Shown in pieces: positions 8,380 through 16,772 of a stretch of 64,000 bases of DNA. Origin of the DNA: Coriobacteriia bacterium. GTDB taxonomy: Bacteria > Actinomycetota > Coriobacteriia > Anaerosomatales > JBAZZO01. Positions within the stretch are counted from its first letter, which is position 1, and each line of letters opens with the position of its first letter. Below the pieces are notes generated by a model. That model had not been told where the DNA came from. It did not search any database and saw only the letters and a program-made list of their open reading frames with translations. The translations under genes were made by a program, and so were the position numbers. The stretch spans positions 76,891 through 140,890 of the forward strand of contig JBAZZO010000002.1 of the NCBI GenBank assembly GCA_041658765.1, written 5' to 3'.

Positions 8380-10506
8380 TCAGGACGCCAAGACATAGCC
8401 GAGATCCGTCCGGACCCGGTCGTACAGCTCGCCTACCTTGCTGTGGTTCCACGTCTGCACCTTGCTGAAGTACCCGACGATCCGCGTCACGCCGTAGACG
8501 TCCAGCGAGCCGCACAGCGGGCACTGCGCCTTGAGTCCGCGGGACGTGCGATGACACGATTCACAGACGGTGAACTCGGGGCTGAAGGCTATCTGCGAGC
8601 ATTGGGTGTTGCGGAAGGTCTTCTCGACGAAGCTCCGGATGGCCCGGGGATCGGGCTCGTGCTCGCCGAGCCATACGTGGACTATCGCACCCGCCTCGAT
8701 GAGCGGATGGAAGAGCGACTGGCGCTCGACACGCTCGATGTAGTCGACGGGCGCGTCAGCCGCCAGGTGCACGGAGTTCGTGTAGTAGAAATCGCCCGAG
8801 GTGAGGTTCCCCTTCACCACACTGGCCGTTTGAACCGGCCAGTACTTCATGTCGAGCTTGGCGAGTCGGTAGCCGGCCGATTCCGCGGGACTCTCCTCGA
8901 GCACGAGGTGGATCCCGTAGCGCTCCGAGAGCTCGCGGCACTTCAGGCTCATGGCCGAGACGACCTTGAGCCCGAAGCGCAGTGCCTCGTCCGATTCATG
9001 CAGTTGTTCGCCTCGGTGAGCCTGGACCATCTCGTTCAGGCCGATGAGTCCCGCGAGATAGGTCAGCTTCTCCATGCGCAGGTAAGGCGTGCCGTCGAGG
9101 TTCTGCGTCAGGAGTCCGAGCGGGCCCGCGGGGCCGAGTGCGACGAGCTCCTCGATGAACGCGCGCTTCTGGACGTGCGCCTTGGCGACGAGCTCCAAGG
9201 TGCGATTGATCTCCATGAAGAGCGTCTGGTCGTTTCCTCGGGCCTTGAACGCGATCCGCGGCAGGTTGACCGTCACGTTCTGGAGCGCCGAGAAGCGCAT
9301 GACCTCAGGCGTCTTCGTCTGGTCTATCTGCTCCTGGCTCAGCTTCAACTTGAGCCTGCAGCATTGCGAGACGGTCACCTCGTCGCCGCGATCGAAGACG
9401 AAGTACGTGATCCCCTGCTTGCTCGCGACCTCGCAGGCCATGTCGAGGAACTCCTCGTGCCCGGGGGTGCGGAAGAAGTCCTCGCTGATGTGCAGGAGCG
9501 GCTTCGGGAAGACGAACGTCTTGCCCGACGCGTCCCCGCCGCGGTAGATGCGGAACATCGAACGCAGGAAGGCCTGTGCTTCGCGCTCGTATTCGCGGTA
9601 CGTCTTGCCGGTGTAGACGCCGCCCGGCCCGATGGCGGGGGTGTCGGCGAAATGCTTGGGGATGTTGAAGTAGAGGTTGAAGTCCGTGAAGACCACTTGG
9701 CTGCCGCGAGCGCCGGCGAGCTGGTTGAACTCGAAGATGAGCATCTGCGCCAGCTGATCGAGCTGTTCGTCGGTCTTCCCCACGAGGTAGGGCGCGAAGA
9801 AGATGTTGACCGCTTCCCAGCCGACCGCACCCGCATAGTGCGCCTGCAGCGCGGACGCCATCTTGACCATGTGGCCGATGAGGACCTCGGGGTGCTTCGC
9901 GGGCTTGGAGATCGAGGTGATGTTGGGCAGATTCAGCCCGAACTTCTTGATGTACTCGAGACTGTGGCCGCCGCAATACGGTCTGATGATGAATCCGAGG
10001 TCGTGGAGGTGCATGTCTCCGACGTAGTGCGCCTCCGCGACGTCCTCCGTGAACACCCTGCGGAGCGCGAACTCCTTGAGGATCGTCTCGGCCAAAGTGA
10101 GGTTGATCGACTCGGGGTTGTGCGTAGTGTTGGAGTTCTCCTTGTTCGCGTTGCCGATGATCTGTTCGACATCCCACATCGGCAAGCCGAGATGAGAGTG
10201 CTTGCGGTGCGCGAGGGTCATCCCACGGTCGAGCAACTCGAGGTCGACCATCTCCCTGATGATGGCTGTGGTGACCGTCATGAGGTTGCTCCGGTCGATG
10301 CGGTCCTCGACCGCGTGGGCGATCTCCTCAGCGGTCGACGGATCGATGCCGGTCTCCTTGACGAGCGAGCCGGATATCTTGCGCCGGTCCCACGGGTCTA
10401 TCTCTTGGCGGGACGTCGTCGAGACGAGTAGCGCGATATCGGTGCTATCCGCATGATGCGGAGCGGCCGCCTGCTTGATGACGTTCACGACCCGCTCCAT
10501 GACCAT
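8380..10506 (-). CDS. nrdD: Anaerobic ribonucleoside-triphosphate reductase (class III RNR)
   Basis: A 708-aa product with a C-terminal Cys cluster (CESCH...CPLCG) and the glycyl-radical motif TRIVGYFS. Similarity to NrdD is visible throughout, and nrdG is adjacent. Confidence 0.95.
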   Translation of the reverse strand: MVMERVVNVIKQAAAPHHADSTDIALLVSTTSRQEIDPWDRRKISGSLVKETGIDPSTAEEIAHAVEDRIDRSNLMTVTTAIIREMVDLELLDRGMTLAHRKHSHLGLPMWDVEQIIGNANKENSNTTHNPESINLTLAETILKEFALRRVFTEDVAEAHYVGDMHLHDLGFIIRPYCGGHSLEYIKKFGLNLPNITSISKPAKHPEVLIGHMVKMASALQAHYAGAVGWEAVNIFFAPYLVGKTDEQLDQLAQMLIFEFNQLAGARGSQVVFTDFNLYFNIPKHFADTPAIGPGGVYTGKTYREYEREAQAFLRSMFRIYRGGDASGKTFVFPKPLLHISEDFFRTPGHEEFLDMACEVASKQGITYFVFDRGDEVTVSQCCRLKLKLSQEQIDQTKTPEVMRFSALQNVTVNLPRIAFKARGNDQTLFMEINRTLELVAKAHVQKRAFIEELVALGPAGPLGLLTQNLDGTPYLRMEKLTYLAGLIGLNEMVQAHRGEQLHESDEALRFGLKVVSAMSLKCRELSERYGIHLVLEESPAESAGYRLAKLDMKYWPVQTASVVKGNLTSGDFYYTNSVHLAADAPVDYIERVERQSLFHPLIEAGAIVHVWLGEHEPDPRAIRSFVEKTFRNTQCSQIAFSPEFTVCESCHRTSRGLKAQCPLCGSLDVYGVTRIVGYFSKVQTWNHSKVGELYDRVRTDLGYVLAS

Positions 10507-10554
10507 GTCCGGATCCGGTCCCCTCTCCTGTGAGATGCCGCGTGCCGGGCTTCC

Positions 10555-11010
10555 CTACTTGAGCGCCTTCAACTCCGATGTGAACTCGTCCAGGTCCTGG
10601 AAGGACTTGTAGACAGACGCGAAACGCACGTACGCCACCTTGTCGAGGTCCCTGAGGCGCGTCAGCACCATGTCACCGAGCACCTTGGTCTCGATCTCGT
10701 ATCTGAACGAGTTGTGCAACTCGGCCTCGATGTCGTCGAGCAGGGCTTCGAGCTGCTCCAGGGAGATGTCGCGCTTCGCGCAAGCGGTCATCAGTCCCGC
10801 GATCAGCTTGTTGCGGTCGAAGGGCTCGCGGCTGGTGTCCTTCTTGATCACCATGAGCGGCGATTCCTCGCGCCTCTCGTAGGTCGTGAATCGCTGAGTG
10901 CACTCCAGGCACTCACGGCGTCTGCGTATCGCGTCCTGCGATTCGCGAGAGTCGACTACCTTGGTCTCCCCGTGAGCGCAGAACGGGCACCGCACGACCT
11001 TCACCCCCAC
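10555..11010 (-). CDS. nrdR: Transcriptional repressor NrdR (zinc ribbon + ATP-cone)
   Basis: [16 protein letters not shown]...[17 protein letters not shown] zinc ribbon followed by an ATP-cone. The start is ambiguous: GTG at 11010 (GGGAGGG 7 nt upstream), 11004 or 10995. The ORF-track start at 11037 would overlap the promoter/NrdR box. Confidence 0.9.
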   Translation of the reverse strand: MGVKVVRCPFCAHGETKVVDSRESQDAIRRRRECLECTQRFTTYERREESPLMVIKKDTSREPFDRNKLIAGLMTACAKRDISLEQLEALLDDIEAELHNSFRYEIETKVLGDMVLTRLRDLDKVAYVRFASVYKSFQDLDEFTSELKALK

Positions 11011-11035
11011 ATCTAGGCCCTCCCAGGAGCCTAGC

Positions 11036-11051
11036 ACACAAGATATAGGGG
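11036..11051. promoter_or_regulatory. Candidate NrdR box upstream of nrdR-nrdD
   Basis: The - strand reads CCCCTATATCTTGTGT, matching 13 of 16 positions of the published NrdR-box consensus acaCwAtATaTwGtgt. It abuts a TGC-TAGGCT extended -10-like element (11028-11036). Only one box is seen, whereas tandem boxes are usual. Confidence 0.45.
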
Positions 11052-11130
11052 TTGCCAGGAACCGTCCGCCGAATCCGACGAACGGGCGTGTGCGGCGTGC
11101 GGACGGCGGCCAGGCCTCAGGGGCCGGCGC

Positions 11131-11499
11131 TCAGCGCTGCGCGACGGCGGCGACCGTCTCTCCCGCCGGCACGCGGAGTACCGTGCCGACGTGCAGGGTG
11201 GCGTCGCTCAAGCCGTTGAGCGATCGGATCGCGTCGACGGTCTCGGCGGTGGTCCGGCCTGGGCACGGATGGCTCACCGCGATCGCCCAGAGTGACTCAT
11301 GCGGCCGTACGAGGACCGTCGTGGTGCCGGACGGTCCCTGGGGCGCGCGAAGGTTCGGTGCCAGCGCCGCCGTCAGGACGAGCAGGCATACGGCTGCGAG
11401 TATCGTGCCCTCCGCGACCGTGACATGTCGCGACGCTCGCGTCGCGTGTGCCCGGGCGCACGTGCGTCCGTGGATGGATGTCAGGCTCGTGGTGTTCAT
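11131..11499 (-). CDS. LysM-domain membrane protein, YneA/ChiZ-like candidate SOS cell-division inhibitor
   Basis: A 122-aa product with a central TM helix (GTILAAVCLLVLTAALA). The C-terminal LysM region is VRPHESLWAIA...TVDAIRSLNGLSDATLHVGTVLRVP. It is divergent from lexA and has LexA boxes in its promoter. Confidence 0.7.
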   Translation of the reverse strand: MNTTSLTSIHGRTCARAHATRASRHVTVAEGTILAAVCLLVLTAALAPNLRAPQGPSGTTTVLVRPHESLWAIAVSHPCPGRTTAETVDAIRSLNGLSDATLHVGTVLRVPAGETVAAVAQR

Positions 11500-11586
11500 C
11501 CGGATCTCCTCTCACAAGGCCCGGAACACGGGCCGGTCACTCTCGGGCACAGCCTATAGCGCAGGTCTGACACGTCGAGGTGACAC

Positions 11587-11600
11587 CGAACACACGTTCT
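11587..11600. promoter_or_regulatory. LexA (SOS) box 1
   Basis: CGAACACACGTTCT fits the Gram-positive/actinobacterial GAAC-N4-GTTC operator. It lies just downstream of the -10 of the LysM-gene promoter. Confidence 0.75.
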
Positions 11601-11609
11601 CCTAACGAC

Positions 11610-11638
11610 ATCATACCAAACACACGTTCGCATGCAAG
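11610..11638 (-). promoter_or_regulatory. Sigma-70-like promoter of the LysM/YneA-like gene
   Basis: The - strand reads CTTGCA-N17-TATGAT, with TGG immediately upstream of the -10 (extended -10). LexA boxes 1 and 2 overlap it. Confidence 0.5.
11617..11630. promoter_or_regulatory. LexA (SOS) box 2 (one half-site degenerate)
   Basis: CAAACACACGTTCG, an AAAC-N4-GTTC variant. It lies inside the 17-nt spacer of the LysM-gene promoter. Confidence 0.55.
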
Positions 11639-11646
11639 AGCGAGAA

Positions 11647-11662
11647 GCGAACGGGTGTTTGC
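11647..11662. promoter_or_regulatory. LexA-box-like element 3 (degenerate)
   Basis: GCGAACGGGTGTTTGC, a GAAC-N4-GTTT variant. It lies in the -35 region of the likely lexA promoter. Confidence 0.35.
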
Positions 11663-11692
11663 GCGCCGGGGATCGCTGATATACACTTGCCG

Positions 11693-11706
11693 CGAACCTA
11701 CGTTCG
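11693..11706. promoter_or_regulatory. LexA (SOS) box 4, perfect palindrome
   Basis: CGAACCTACGTTCG lies about 50 nt upstream of the lexA start, consistent with autoregulation. Confidence 0.8.
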
Positions 11707-11755
11707 GGCGTCATCGCGCCGGGCGCCCGTCAGCCCTCGGCCCAGGAGGTGCACC

Positions 11756-12382
11756 GTGACATACCAGCGCGAGCTCACGCCCCGCCAGCGCCAGATCCTC
11801 GATTTCATCCGCGCTGAGGTCCACCGTCGCGGCTTCCCGCCGGCGGTTCGAGAGATCGGAGAGGCGGTCGGCCTCTCGTCGTCATCGACGGTCCACTCCC
11901 ACCTCGCCGCCCTGGAGGCGAAGGGGTTCCTGAGGCGCGATCCCAGCAAGCCGCGCGCGCTCGAAGTGCTCGACTACCGCGACACTGACCGCGCCGTGGA
12001 CTACTCGGCCGTGCGAGAGGTGCCGATCGTGGGGCAGGTGGCGGCAGGCATGCCGATACTCGCTGCGGAGAACCTCGAGGGCACGATGGCGTTGCCGGTC
12101 GACGTCGCCGGGGAGCAGACGTTCATCCTCAAGGTCCGCGGGGACAGCATGGTCGATGCCGGCATCCTCGACGGCGACCTCGTCGTCGTACGGCAGCAGG
12201 CGACCGCCGACAACGGCGATGTCGTCGTGGCGATGCTCGACGATTCCGCCACGGTGAAGAGGTTCTTCAAGGAGTCCGATCGCGTGCGGCTGCAGCCGGA
12301 GAATCGCACCATGGAGCCGATCTACGCCACCGATGTGAGCATCCTCGGGAAGGTCGTCTCGCTCTTCCGCCGCGTCGTGTGA
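11756..12382 (+). CDS. lexA: LexA repressor
   Basis: N-terminal winged HTH ([53 protein letters not shown]), Ala-Gly cleavage site (VAAGMP) and S24 peptidase Ser/Lys (GDSM ... VKRF). GTG at 11756 has GGAGG about 7 nt upstream. The ORF-track start at 11687 would cover the operator region. Confidence 0.92.
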   Translation: MTYQRELTPRQRQILDFIRAEVHRRGFPPAVREIGEAVGLSSSSTVHSHLAALEAKGFLRRDPSKPRALEVLDYRDTDRAVDYSAVREVPIVGQVAAGMPILAAENLEGTMALPVDVAGEQTFILKVRGDSMVDAGILDGDLVVVRQQATADNGDVVVAMLDDSATVKRFFKESDRVRLQPENRTMEPIYATDVSILGKVVSLFRRVV

Positions 12383-12385
12383 CGA

Positions 12386-13702
12386 TCAGGGAGTCTCCGA
12401 AGGCCCGGTCTCGAAGGCCCGCAGTGTCTCGACGAGTTCCGATGGCGCGCGCACGGTGAGGAGGGTCCCCTCTTCGGTGTGCTCTTCGGCGACCACCTGG
12501 GCGCGCGCGTGAGCCATGCGGACTATGTCGCCGCGAGTGTATGGGACCATAAGGGTCAAGGTCGTCGAGCCCCGGGACGCTTCGCGCGCGATACGCTCCA
12601 CGAGACGGTCCAGCCCGTCGCCTCCGGCGGCGGAGACGAACACCGCTCCGGGCGCGCGCTGAGCGAGTACCTCGATCTCGCCCGCCGGGAGCAGGTCGAC
12701 CTTGTTGTGGACGAGCACCTGCGGCTTCGCGGCGGCGCCGATCTCTCCGAGCACTTCGAGGACGGCAGAGGTCTGCTCGCGCGCCAGGGCGTGCGACGCG
12801 TCCACCACGTGGAGGAGCAGGTCGGCCTCACGCACCTCGTCGAGTGTGGACTTGAACGCCTCCACGAGGCCGTGAGGCAGTTTGCGGATGAAGCCGACGG
12901 TGTCGGTGATGGTGACGGTGCGTCCCTCCGGCAGGTCGAGACGGCGGGTGGTCGAGTCGAGCGTGGCGAAGAGCATGTCCTCGACGAGCACCTCCGCGCC
13001 TGTCAGAGCGTTGAGAAGCGTCGACTTGCCGGCGTTCGTGTAGCCTACCAGCGCGATGCGGAAGACGCCCGAATCGGCCCTTCCCTTCCGCTGGAGCAGC
13101 CGGTTCGCGGCAACGTGCTTCAGTTCGCGCTTCAACTCCTGGACGCGCTTGCGCGCGATACGCCTGTCCGTCTCGAGTTGGGTCTCGCCTGGTCCCCGGG
13201 TACCGATGCCGAGCGCGCCGCCCGCGGCGGCCGCCGAACGCGCCAGGTGCCGCCACATTCCGCGAAGACGCGGGAGCAGGTACTCCATCTGCGCGAGCTC
13301 GACCTGAAGCTTACCCTCACGGCTCGTAGCGTGGAGCGCGAAGATGTCCAGGATGAGGGCGGTGCGATCGAGGATCTTGACCTTGGAGACGAGGTCCTCG
13401 ATGTTCGCCTGCTGGGACGGCGTCAGGTCATCGTCGAAGACCACTAGCGTGGCATCGCGCTCGGCGATCATCTCGGCGAGTTCCTCGATCTTGCCCTTGC
13501 CGAGGAATGTCCGCGGGTGCGGGCGGTCGAGACGCTGCACGAGCGTTCCCACGACCTGTGCCCCTGCGGTGTTCGCGAGACGCGCGAGTTCCTCCATGCT
13601 GTCCTCGACGGGCACACTGCCGCCGCGGTCGGCGCCGACGAGCACCGCGCGATCGACGACCCGCGCCACGACCTCCTGCGTCTTGGTGTGGGTGCGGCTC
13701 AC
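12386..13702 (-). CDS. hflX: GTPase HflX
   Basis: HflX N-terminal domain and a G domain with GYTNAGKSTLLNALTG, DTVGF and NKVD. The stop is only 3 nt from the convergent lexA stop. Confidence 0.92.
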   Translation of the reverse strand: MSRTHTKTQEVVARVVDRAVLVGADRGGSVPVEDSMEELARLANTAGAQVVGTLVQRLDRPHPRTFLGKGKIEELAEMIAERDATLVVFDDDLTPSQQANIEDLVSKVKILDRTALILDIFALHATSREGKLQVELAQMEYLLPRLRGMWRHLARSAAAAGGALGIGTRGPGETQLETDRRIARKRVQELKRELKHVAANRLLQRKGRADSGVFRIALVGYTNAGKSTLLNALTGAEVLVEDMLFATLDSTTRRLDLPEGRTVTITDTVGFIRKLPHGLVEAFKSTLDEVREADLLLHVVDASHALAREQTSAVLEVLGEIGAAAKPQVLVHNKVDLLPAGEIEVLAQRAPGAVFVSAAGGDGLDRLVERIAREASRGSTTLTLMVPYTRGDIVRMAHARAQVVAEEHTEEGTLLTVRAPSELVETLRAFETGPSETP

Positions 13703-13721
13703 GTCGCCGGTGTCCCGCGCC

Positions 13722-14879
13722 TCAGAGCGAGCTCTCGATCCGCGCGATGGCCTCTTCGAGACGGTCGTCGGGCGTCGTCAACGAGATGCGGACGTATCCC
13801 TCGCCCGAAGGACCGTACGCGGAACCCGCCGGGACGATGACGTTCGCTGCGTCGAGGATGTGGTCGGCGAACGACGCGGACGAATAGCCCTCAGGCACCT
13901 TCGCCCAGATGTAGATGGTCGCCCGCGGCACGGCGGCCGAGATGCCGATCCTGCTCAGTGCGTCGATGACTAGGTCGCGTCTGCGCTGGTAAAGGGCGCA
14001 CAGAGCGTCGATCTCCTCCTGCGGGCCCGCCATCGCCTCTATCGCGGCGTCCTGGACGGCCGTGAACACGCCGGAATCGATGTTCGACTTCACTATCCCC
14101 AGCGCCTTGATCGCCTGCGCGTCGCCGCATGCGAATGCGACGCGCCATCCGGTCATGTTGTACGCCTTCGAGCAGGAGAACAGCTCGATGGCCACTTCTT
14201 TCGCGCCCGGGCGCTCGAGCATGCTCGTCGGGCGGTATCCGTCGTATCCGATCTCGGAGTACGCGTTGTCGTGGATGAGCAGCAGGTCGTGCTCGCGCGC
14301 GAACGCGATGGCGCGATCGAAGTACTCCCCGTTCGCGATGGCGCTCGTCGGGTTGTTCGGGTAGCTGAGGAACATCATCTTCGCACGCGCCAGGACGTCG
14401 GGCGGCGTCGACTCGAAATCGGCGAGGAATCCGTTCTCGGCGGTCATCGGCATGAAATAGGACTCGCCGCCGACCAGGATGCCGCCGGTGTGATAGACGG
14501 GATAGCCCGCGCCCGGCACCAGCGTGACGTCCCCAGGGTCCACGAAAGCGGGGAAGACGTGCGCGATGCCTTCCTTGCTGCCGATCAGGGCGAGCGTCTC
14601 CGTGTCCGGATCGACTTCGACACCGAACCGGCGAAGCATCCACTGCGAGCATGCCTGACGGTAGGCGGGCGAGCCGGCGTAGCTCGGATAGCGGTGGTTC
14701 TTCGGCTCGCGCACCGCGCGGACCATCGTCTCGACGATGCGTTCCGGGGTCGGGCGGTCGGGATCGCCGATACCCAGCGAGATGACGTCGATGCCTTGCG
14801 CGCGCTTAAGGCCCGCCTTTCGGTCGATCTCGGCGAACAGGTACGGCGGCAGGCCGGCGATGCGTTTCGCGGTGCGCAC
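13722..14879 (-). CDS. dapL: LL-diaminopimelate aminotransferase (DapL-type class I aminotransferase)
   Basis: N-terminus RIAGLPPYLFAEIDRK...VISLGIGDPDRPTP and the PLP-Lys region FSCSKAYNMTGWR. It is adjacent to dapF. Substrate assignment is by family resemblance and context only. Confidence 0.75.
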   Translation of the reverse strand: MRTAKRIAGLPPYLFAEIDRKAGLKRAQGIDVISLGIGDPDRPTPERIVETMVRAVREPKNHRYPSYAGSPAYRQACSQWMLRRFGVEVDPDTETLALIGSKEGIAHVFPAFVDPGDVTLVPGAGYPVYHTGGILVGGESYFMPMTAENGFLADFESTPPDVLARAKMMFLSYPNNPTSAIANGEYFDRAIAFAREHDLLLIHDNAYSEIGYDGYRPTSMLERPGAKEVAIELFSCSKAYNMTGWRVAFACGDAQAIKALGIVKSNIDSGVFTAVQDAAIEAMAGPQEEIDALCALYQRRRDLVIDALSRIGISAAVPRATIYIWAKVPEGYSSASFADHILDAANVIVPAGSAYGPSGEGYVRISLTTPDDRLEEAIARIESSL

Positions 14880-14980
14880 GGTGCGTCGACTCCCCTCGTT
14901 GCTGGCGGATGCTGGTCTCGGCCGGACGGCCGATGGCGTACATGGTATCAGAGGGGGCGCGCGGTGGGGCGTCCTCTCGC

Positions 14981-15796
14981 CTACTCCTCCTCTACGGTCA
15001 CCAAGCCCTCGAACACCGTGGTCGCGGGACCGGTCATGAGGACGTGGCCATCGTCTCCCCAGCGCACCACGAGGTCACCGCCGGGTAGCTCGATCGTCGC
15101 CTCGCGGCCTGTGAGGCCCGCCAGCGCCGCGGCCACGAGAGCGGCGCAGGCACCGGTACCGCAGGCCAGCGTCTCCCCCACCCCGCGCTCCCAGACGCGA
15201 AGTCTGATGCGGTCACTGGAGACCACGTGCGCGAACTCGACGTTCGTGCGCCGCGGGAACGCCGGGTCCGTCTCGACGACCGGTCCGACCGTCTCGACCG
15301 GCGCGGTGTCGACGTCGTCGACGAAGATGACTGCGTGGGGATTGCCCATCGAGACCGACGTCACGCGGGTCCCGGCGACATCGGACTCCAGCGGGTCGCC
15401 CGGGACCGGTTCGCCCATGTCGACCGTCGCAGCCGCGAACACGCCGGTCGGCTCGCGGACGATGCTCACGCTCCTGGGGCCGCCGAGCGTCTCGATAGTG
15501 AGGGTGTCGCGGCCCGCCGGCACGAGACCTTCGTCGGAGACGAACCTCGCGAAGCAGCGGATGCCGTTGCCGCAGGACTCGGGCTGCGTGCCGTCCGCGT
15601 TGAAGAAGACCCAGGAGAAATCGGCGTCCTCACCCGCGGCCGGTCTCACCAGGATGACGCCGTCGGCGCCGACCCCGAAGTTGCGGTCGCACAGCCAGAC
15701 CGCGGCTTCGGGGTCGAGGTCGATCTCCGCTCGGAGGTCTTCGATGACGATGAAGTCGTTGCCGAGGCCGTGCATCTTCGTGAACCGGAGGTCCAC
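14981..15796 (-). CDS. dapF: Diaminopimelate epimerase
   Basis: FTKMHGLGNDFIVI and both catalytic Cys regions (ESCGNGIRC, ETLACGTGACA). GTG start with GAAGGTGGAGA upstream. Confidence 0.92.
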   Translation of the reverse strand: MDLRFTKMHGLGNDFIVIEDLRAEIDLDPEAAVWLCDRNFGVGADGVILVRPAAGEDADFSWVFFNADGTQPESCGNGIRCFARFVSDEGLVPAGRDTLTIETLGGPRSVSIVREPTGVFAAATVDMGEPVPGDPLESDVAGTRVTSVSMGNPHAVIFVDDVDTAPVETVGPVVETDPAFPRRTNVEFAHVVSSDRIRLRVWERGVGETLACGTGACAALVAAALAGLTGREATIELPGGDLVVRWGDDGHVLMTGPATTVFEGLVTVEEE

Positions 15797-15830
15797 TCTC
15801 CACCTTCTCTCGCATCGAAGCGACCGGATG

Positions 15831-16772
15831 CTAGAAGTCTACCAGCATGACAACGCGCTCGACCGCGGATACGGGTGACAGTCCCGTGACGTCGACCCAA
15901 TCCACGCGCGGGTCGGCATGGAACCACGAGAGCTGTCGCTTCGCGTACCGGCGTGTGGACTGCTTGATCGTGTCGATCGCCGTGGGGAGGTCGGCGTTCT
16001 CCTCGAGCACGGGCACGATCTCCTTGTAGCCGATCGCTTTCGAGGCGGTGAGGGCCGTGCGGAATCCGCGATCGAGGAGCCCGCGCACCTCTTCGATCAG
16101 GCCCGACGATATCATCGCGTCCACACGCTCCCCGATCCTCTCGTACAGTTCGGGCCTGTCCATAGAGAGCCCCACGAAGACCGCGTCGTAGACGCTCTCG
16201 CGCCGCTGGAAGCCCGGGAGCCTCTGAGCGTAGGAGACGCCCTGTCCGGCCATCTCGAGGACGCGCACGATGCGTTTCACGTTGGCGGGATGGATGACGG
16301 CGGCCGATGCCGGGTCGATGGAAGCGAGGCGCGCGTGCAGTTCCTGGGGAGAGAGGTCCCGTGCGAGCGCATCGAGGTGCTCGCGTACCGCTGAGCGTAC
16401 CTCGCCGTCGGGGAAACGCATGTCGTCGAGGGCCGCGCGCACGTAGAGGCCCGAGCCTCCGCACACGATCGGCACTCTGCCGCGCGCGATGATGCCGTCG
16501 ATCGCCTCCCGCGCGTCGCGCTGGAACAGCGCCGCCGAGTAGGGCTCTCCCGGGTCGACGATGTCGAGGCAGTGATAGGGTGCGCGACGCTCGCCGACAG
16601 GCGGCTTGGCGGTCCCGATGTCCATGCCGCGGTACACCTGCATCGAGTCGGCGCTCACGATCTCGCCGTTCACGAGAGAGGCGATCTCCTCGGCGACCGC
16701 GGTCTTCCCCACGGCCGTGGGTCCGACGACGGCCACGATGCGGCCGAGACGCGAGTCAGAGGTAGCGGTCAA
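15831..16772 (-). CDS. miaA: tRNA dimethylallyltransferase
   Basis: P-loop VVGPTAVGKT and IVSADSMQVYRGMDIGTAKP. TTG start at 16772 overlaps the upstream gene stop by 17 nt. GTG at 16736 is an alternative. Confidence 0.92.
   Translation of the reverse strand: MTATSDSRLGRIVAVVGPTAVGKTAVAEEIASLVNGEIVSADSMQVYRGMDIGTAKPPVGERRAPYHCLDIVDPGEPYSAALFQRDAREAIDGIIARGRVPIVCGGSGLYVRAALDDMRFPDGEVRSAVREHLDALARDLSPQELHARLASIDPASAAVIHPANVKRIVRVLEMAGQGVSYAQRLPGFQRRESVYDAVFVGLSMDRPELYERIGERVDAMISSGLIEEVRGLLDRGFRTALTASKAIGYKEIVPVLEENADLPTAIDTIKQSTRRYAKRQLSWFHADPRVDWVDVTGLSPVSAVERVVMLVDF

Noticed and set aside
8443-10431. 662-aa + strand ORF antisense to nrdD. Similar long antisense ORFs occur at 14271..15878, 22203..23510, 36794..38311, 40511..41692, 41916..43196, 48094..50337, 49437..51755, 53368..54762 and 57295..58719.
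   Set aside because: Their translations are low-complexity and Arg/Asp/Gly/Val/Glu-rich, with no recognisable motifs. Each lies exactly opposite a confidently identified conserved gene. Stop-codon scarcity in very GC-rich DNA produces such shadow ORFs.
12382-12386. 3-nt gap between the convergent lexA and hflX stop codons, considered as a possible anomaly or assembly artefact.
   Set aside because: Both proteins are full length with normal C-termini. Tight convergent ends without room for a terminator are common in compact GC-rich genomes. It is noted but not pursued.
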